A stretch of DNA of 43,852 nt, the filler included, from Jimgerdemannia flammicorona (taxonomy: Eukaryota), in NCBI GenBank assembly GCA_003990765.1. It is 2 parts of 2 records of this genome, joined end to end, with 100 filler letters (N's around TTAATTAATTAA, not from the genome) between each part and the next. Parts side by side here need not be neighbours in the genome. Positions count along the whole stretch, not along the records: positions 21,977 to 43,852 come from RBNJ01001377.1; 1 more part is not named here. One strand, given 5' to 3'. The notes under the pieces were generated by a model. It was not told the origin of the DNA, made no database searches, and saw nothing but the letters and a program-made list of their open reading frames with translations. This document shows positions 37,333 to 43,852 of the stretch, piece after piece; position 1 is the stretch's first letter; each line of letters begins with the position of its first letter. The position numbers and the translations under genes were made by a program.

Positions 37333-37852
37333 TTTTATATTTTATATTTATATATTAATTATTATAATACTTATTTTAAAAGCTTTAATTGATTTTAAAA
37401 TAAATTTTTATTAATTCCATAATAATAATTTATATATTATTTAAATTAGTATTATTTGTAACAGTCTTCTTGTTAAATGCTTTCTTTTCAGTCATTTGGC
37501 AGCAATGAACAGTGAAAAGATAAAAAGGTGAATAATGTAAGCAGGTGATACTCTGATTTAAATTGAGTCTAATCAGGCCCTATTAATCCAAATCAGGCTG
37601 ACGTCAATTATGACTGCGACAATGTTTTGTTATTGGCTAAAACATTACTATTCCGAAAACAGAGTTTTTATACATTAAAAGCAGCGAATATTACATAACC
37701 ACTCATGATCTTGGCACAAGGCTTTTCGGCCTCGCCCTAACTAAAACAGGTTCTGCAAATAAGCATTTAAAGATCTTCTAAACCACCAAAAAGTCACCAG
37801 TGTTCGAAAAAAAAGAAACGTCACCACCGTCATTACAATGTCTGTCACCTCC

Positions 37853-39999
37853 TCATGGCAGATATATTCTGCTATACCCGTCGACCTTCCTCCGACAGCA
37901 CGGGCAATTTTTAAACCTCCTGACAGCCATACTTTCTCTGCACTCATTACATAGCACGAGGCAGCAACACGGCCTGAGCAAAATGGTGCGAGCCTCCGAC
38001 TGACACACGACGCACATGGATGATGCAGGCGACGATATGACGTTAACATTTGCAGCGGAGGAAGCGGAGGAGGAGGAAGGAGCCGGATATGCGAACCCGA
38101 AGGATAGCTTCCTCGACGACTGGATGAGTGTCCTAAGTGACTTTGACTCGTGCTGATCCTCCTCGGCGGGCGGGTTGGTTATGTTGCGGTAGCGCGTGCG
38201 AGTAACAGTCGAAGGGTGGAGGTAGTGGGCAATGAAGAGGGAAAGCAAGGGGGTGGAGGTAGCCTGGTTGGTGGGGGAGGAGAAGGGAGATGTAGAGGGC
38301 AGGGCGAAGAACGAGGAGGAAGGCGTTGAAGTTGTCGACGGTTGCATGTCCTGCTCACGCATGTCCATCGCTAGATCCAGAAGTTCCTCAACTAGCGGCG
38401 CGACCGACCCTGGGGTCAGACTTCTAGCGCCATCAGATGCGAAGTCCTGTTGATCCACGCAGTTGGCGAAATCGTCCGCGTCCTCGTCGTTCTCGTCCAC
38501 AATACCACTCTCTTCGTCTGTCACACAATAGTCCTCGTCCTCATCCTCTGCCTCCTCCTCAAACAGCTTCCAATCGTCGGCCACGAAACGGCGGAATAGT
38601 TCTTCCTCATCATCGTGCTCCGCGCCCTCCTCCTCTTCCTCCTCATCCCTCCCTTCCTCCTTGTGAAGTAGCAGCGGCATTTCGATGGTCCTATACACAA
38701 CCCTCCTGTATGTGCGCCTGGCGCCGGCGCGGACAGCCCTCCAGAAACTGCGGACGAGCTCGGCGCAGGTCGTACAAAAGGTGCCAATGTGATGAAATCG
38801 GACCTGCTGGTACATGGGGGGCTCTGACTCGTAGACCTGGCCAACGTCGTCGGCCATCTCGTTCTCGAAAGCCGAGAGCGGCGGACGCGGGGCTTGATGG
38901 TGCTTCTCCAACTTGACTATGCTAGGCCGCAGGTTATGCTGGTGGTCGTCGACCACGGTGCCGGCGGGCACGCGGATACTCTCGACCTCATTCCGGTAGC
39001 CGACCCCGCGGGTGGCCTCGAGGCATGCGCTGCCGAGCTTGAAAATGGCAATGGCGTAGTCCTCGTGCAGGCCCGGGAGGGAGTGAGGCTCGAACATGTG
39101 CCGACGGAAGTTGCCGACCTTCATTGCGAGGAGGTGGATGGAGATGGAGACGATGGTGATGCAGACGACCATGAGTTCCGGGAGGCGAGCGAGGAACTGG
39201 AGGGAAGGGTAAGTAGAGGAGAAACTCCAGAGGGAGTAGCAGAAGTGGAGGAGACCCGCGAGGCCAAAGACGGTGGTGGGGATCAGGCGGTAGGCATAGC
39301 CGCGCGGGTGGAGGAAGGTGAGCTGGAGGACGAGGAGCTGGCAGACCTGGATAAAGGCGACGAGGAAGATCTCGTTGCCGGCGGTGGTGAAGTAAAGCAT
39401 GATGGCCCACTCAAATAGACTAACGGTCTGCTCTTGCGGCGAGGGGCGGCGCTCGACGCAGCTAAGGAAGGTCTCGATGATAGTCACGGTGCTCATTGCT
39501 TTGAATGCGGCCCAGAGCACGTCGCCACCCTTCATGCCTGCAGAGGCCTCGGCAACGAACGAGGGGAGGTGATCGCGCCACTCGTGTATGGAACTCAGGA
39601 AAGAGAGAAGGATGGTTATGGATTTGCATAGCAGGAATATACTGGGGGTACGAACGCCGAGCTTGGTGAGGAAGGGTAATGGGTGGGCATTGCGCGGGGA
39701 GACAATGGCATGTATGCGGTTGATAACTATGCTCTGTGAAGACAGGATGGATTGATGGTGTGAGAGCTATTCGGGGTGGGATCGGAGATCAGACAACAAA
39801 AGATTAAACAACGAACCAGGAAGAGCAGGACGAGGAAGTACGGGGAAACGAAGAAGTTTATGAAGGTGGGCTGGAAAGCCGTCCCGTTCGGTATGGGGGC
39901 AGATATATTCTGGAGAGACCAATTATCCGGCAACATGGCATGGAAGTTGTCGGTGATGGAATCGGCGAATGCGACAATCCTACTGTGTAGGGAGGGCAT
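37853..39999 (-). CDS. ASI3: Asi1/Asi3-like multi-pass membrane RING E3 ubiquitin ligase; exons 39999-39817 and 39733-37853, ~687 aa
   Basis: An 83-bp GT..AG intron joins FFVSPYFLVLLFL|SIVINRI in frame; hydrophobic segments, SLFEW, acidic linker, and a C-terminal all-Cys RING CVVC...PCCCLVLCNECR...CPCCRRKVDGYSRIY typical of the Asi family. The symbol is family-level only. Confidence 0.85.
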
Positions 40000-40226
40000 T
40001 GTTGGGCACGGGTTTCGGGGGATCGGAGGGAAGAGGGGGCGAAGGATGTGGATACACAACGGATGAGAAGCAATAAATGCGGCGTGAGAGTGTAATGTGA
40101 GTGTAACGCGGCGGTCCGTGTCACCGATCCGATCTGGGCGTCATGCCAGCGTGACATCACAATCCGCTACAGGTGGCTTTGCACCCACCACTGCACTCAG
40201 TCCCTCCGAATATTTTGTTAAATATC

Positions 40227-40849
40227 ATGAATCATGATCCAGCCGCACAGTCCTTGCTGCCTGACATGTCCACTCCTCCCATGAGCTACTCCTCCTACAA
40301 CTCCAAGTCCTCCATACCCGTCATCGTTGTCGACTCCGATGCCGATTCCGTTCATACAGTCGCATACGTCCGCTCCGATGGCTCAGGACTCTGTCGAGAT
40401 GGATCGCCTCACCAATGGGTAAGTTTTTAAAAAACACTGCCAGTGCGATGAACACCCTGCGAATGCACTCATCTCTGCTTGGAAGCCGCCTAACACGTTC
40501 CCTTATTTGGATGCGAACCTACAGGAGTCGAGACGGTCGATTTTAGGTATATACACATAATACGTCCATGATATCGTAAAGAGAAAAGATACAACAGGAG
40601 AGAGAGAGAGGAATGTGTGTGTTAGAGTTGGTGGATTAAGGAAAGGATTGCATTCGCCGGTTCCCGAAAACTATGAATCATGCATACCACAACTCACATA
40701 ATGTTCTCCCTTTTCATGCTTTTCAACTATCCTTATTTCATTAATCCTCACCTTTCCTTTCCGAACTCTCAGCTATCCTATGTTGCATCTGCTACTGCCT
40801 GCACCCGCAGCACCACAGATGCAAGCGCTGCGGCGTCATCATCAGCTGA
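40227..40849 (+). CDS. Small Cys-rich BRI3/LITAF-like protein, 96 aa; exons 40227-40418, 40525-40546, 40773-40849
   Basis: Donors GTAAGT (40419) and GTATAT (40547), acceptors CAG (40524, 40772), CTAAC branch at ~40490. The spliced product ends LCRDGSPHQWESRRSILAILCCICYCLHPQHHRCKRCGVIIS*. Confidence 0.72.
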
Positions 40850-41324
40850 TCGTTCCGCAGTGATATCCAATGGAACGTCACGGTTCCAATCCGGACACGG
40901 TTGGAGTTTTTTTGCGTTCGGGGATTTTCAATGTGTATCATAGAACGGCGCCGTCCCCACCCATGCTTCGGCGACCATCCCGCGTAGGGATATTATATAT
41001 ATCACATCGTTGTTGATCCTCGATGAACATTCAGTATACCCATTATAAACAGCATTCTATATACCATACTTCTTAATGAAATAGATTTTACACCCATCGC
41101 CTTCTTGGCGCGGTTTCATTACAATTTGATTTTAAATAACTGATTGAGACAAGTGGAAATGTTTTTTTGAGTAGTATATATCACGGGACAAAAACAGGTT
41201 AACATGGCCCGCCGTCCCAAATTCCCCGCCATGGGAATGGGGACTGTTCTGCTCGCTCCCTTACAGGTTGTGCGCGACATCGCAACACAAAATGGATGAA
41301 TGTTTTGGGTTCGTGACGTGGCTC

Positions 41325-41406
41325 TTGGTAGGAAACCGAGGATATTGGTGGGAAACCGAGGATATTGGTGGAAAACCGAGGATATTGGTGGAAAACCGAG
41401 GATATT
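41325..41406. repeat. 20-bp tandem repeat x4
   Basis: TTGGTGG(G/A)AAACCGAGGATA repeated head-to-tail. Confidence 0.95.
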
Positions 41407-41842
41407 TGGGAGTTCTATTGTTTGACAATATTAAACGGTATAGAGGATTCCCATCATCTCCTGTGTCAAACTCTGCATCCACATGACCTGAATGACTTTT
41501 ACCCCAAAACTGTCAACCAGAATTCGCTTACACGTCAACACGTAATATTTGTATTTATTTATAACCAACACACGCCTACCACTGCAACCGCACCACCCAC
41601 AAGACGCATAGAAAATCCGCGGGAGGACCCATGGTCATACCCCCTTGGCCCGGGCGGGGTTAAATTTTGGGAGACGAGGAGTCCTGATCTTCGGAACCTT
41701 CTCTCCCTACCTGGCGCCGGTTTTTGTTCTCTAGGGGCCATCTCTATCTGCATTTCCGAATTATACTTCACATCGCCTCCCTGGACTTTACAAACACATG
41801 CCCGCCGTTACGTCAACCTGGGGCTTTGTTGCGAGAAGGGAA

Positions 41843-43282
41843 TCATAGCAGGGTCTCACCTAGAAAATGAGGGGCGTTAGTTTAATCGCTCACATAGCAC
41901 AGTAACCTAGTCGAGCTTGGAAACACCAACGGGCAGGATCTTCTCAGTCGCCCCTGCCAACATTCCCTCCCCTTCCAAAAAAAAAAAATCTTACCAAGCG
42001 AGCACCTTGCCAAGCTGCACCCGATCGTGACCGTCTGGTAAACGGAAACTTCGTCCTCAAGAGCCGGATTGACCTCCATAATATCGACGCCTACGAGCAA
42101 ACCCGTCTCCGACATGGCCTCGCAGATGTAATGACCCTCGCGGAAGGTCAGACCGCCACGGACGGGGGTGCCTGGGGATAGTGGGTGGAAGATGAGACGA
42201 AGGTAGTTTGTTGAGACACCGATAGCGCTTGTTTTTTGTACAAAAAGGAACTCGCCCAACGAGTAGAAATTGCCCCGACATTCCCACTACCGCCTTCCTA
42301 AACAACAACCGCCCAAATTCACCCAATCCCAAACCTACCCGTACTAGGCGCAACGCTGGGATCCAACGCGTCGACATCGAAGCTCAAATGGATGGGGCGG
42401 TCCCTTTTCGGATTGACGTGATCGAGTGCCATCTCGACAACCTGGCCGATGCCGTAGCGGTCGACGTGGGACATAGAGAAGGCCTTGATGCCGTTCTCGC
42501 GGAGGATACGCTTCTCGCCCTCGTCCACGTCGCGCAGGCCAATGTAGACAATCCGGTCGGGCCGTAGGCAGTGCGGCACCCACTCGAACTCGGGGACTTT
42601 GCCCGCGATGCCCAGAAGGAACGAGACGGGGCAACCGTGGATGTTTCCCGATGTCGTTGTTTTGGGCGTGTTAATGTCCTGGAGGGGTTGCCAGATGGTG
42701 AGTAGGTAGCACCGGAACAATCACAAAAGTACCTCCCACCAAAAAAAAAAAAAAGCTCCAAAACTCACAGCATGCGCGTCGATCCAGATGAGGCAAGCTT
42801 CTGGGTAAGTGGTGAAGATGCCTGCAACGGTGCCGATGGCGATGGAGTGGTCGCCGCCGAGGGTGAGAACCATGTTGCCGCGGCGGGCCTGGGCCTCGAC
42901 CTGCTCAGCGACAACCTTGGTCACGGCGGAGACGTAGCGCGGGCGCTTGAGCTTCCCAGAGTCTGGGTCGTGCGCGGGCCGGAGCGAGACATAGTCCCGG
43001 TGACCCTCGAACTCCACCGCCCAGTCCATCGATTTGAGCTGGTCAATCAGGCCAAACTCTACGAGACGGAGGGGGCCTTCTTCAACACCTTGGCGGGGCT
43101 GGAGGTGAGGGGGTGGGAGCCAGTGATGCGTGACGCGCGACGCGTTTCATTTGTGAGTTTCCCTGTGCATTCACTCGTATACCCTCATATCTGGCGACCC
43201 TGCGTACCTGACCGCCGCTGAACGGCACGCCAATGATTCCGACGGTGTTGCTCTTCAAAAACTTGTAAACCTGTTCGGGCAT
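41843..43282 (-). CDS. CAR1: Arginase; exons 43282-43208, 43098-42769, 42678-42339, 42171-41995, 41859-41843; 312 aa
   Basis: [72 protein letters not shown]; four GT..AG introns keep the frame. Confidence 0.97.
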
Positions 43283-43698
43283 ATTTCAATTTTTGCGGTT
43301 GGGTGTGCTGTGGTGTTGTTCTGCCCTCAGGTCCCGTTTTTGCGGCGGTTATATATAGGAAATGGGCTATCAACGATACCAGTATCCGATTACGAGTCAG
43401 GGCGATCCACGTGGGAAATCGGTTCCCTATTTTATCTGATAGAGAAGCGGCGCCTTTACTGGAGAACGAGTTCTGGGACAAGCATGCCCCGATCTGCGCG
43501 GAACACAACCCCTCCTTCCTCTCGAGCGTCAATCCGCCAGTGCCGTGAAATTATATGTGCACCCCAACCCTTGATTTATGCTGGTATTATTAGAATACGC
43601 GCGGCCTCATCTCCGAGTTAATTAAACGCGTGGGAAAGTAGGACTGCCCAAATACGGGGGTTGGCTAAAGCATCACAGCGTGATCTATGTGTATGACA

Positions 43699-43771
43699 AA
43701 CTCTGGAAATACGACGCAACTCTGGAAATACGACGCAACTCTGGAAATACGACGCAACTCTGGAAATACGA
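43699..43771. repeat. 19-bp tandem repeat x~3.8 upstream of arginase
   Basis: AACTCTGGAAATACGACGC repeated. Confidence 0.95.
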
Positions 43772-43852
43772 TGATGCTCTTTTTTTAGGTGGCGGTCATA
43801 GCGTGACGTGACGCGGGTTGTTTATATACATAGCTTTTCCTCTCTTTTTTTT

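Noticed and set aside
38232..39631. Antisense and alternate-frame ORFs over the E3 ligase (likewise over arginase and the LINE)
   Set aside because: Shadow ORFs of GC-rich coding sequence with no independent motifs.
41325..41406. CRISPR-like array (also 43699-43771, 31848-32000, 8953-9020)
   Set aside because: Head-to-tail repeats without unique spacers, no cas genes, eukaryotic context.
41365..41880. 171-aa ORF and a possible hairpin at ~41669-41708
   Set aside because: The ORF starts inside a minisatellite, has no recognisable motif and overlaps the arginase 3' end. The hairpin pairing is too weak to call an ncRNA.

Overview
Eukaryotic, almost certainly fungal DNA. The H3 and arginase sequences and intron style suggest a non-ascomycete such as Mucoromycota; this is inference only. 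Bases 1-37450 are a nested transposon graveyard. It holds at least five decayed Ty3/Gypsy LTR retrotransposon pieces, and every pol region complete enough to judge (four of four) carries a dUTPase domain, in two different positions. It also holds a processed histone H3 retrocopy with poly(A) and target-site duplication, a younger G-rich L1/Tx1-like LINE, and a recent hAT-type foldback MITE. An artificial 100-bp assembly gap lies at 21877-21976. The repeats show heavy C>T/G>A erosion that goes beyond CpG near 32-37 kb. Bases 37450-43852 are intact gene space: an Asi1/Asi3-like membrane RING E3 ligase (-), a small 3-exon BRI3/LITAF-like Cys-rich gene with a 22-bp microexon that the ORF track does not assemble (+), and a 5-exon arginase (-). 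All calls come from reading by eye, and boundaries of decayed elements are approximate.
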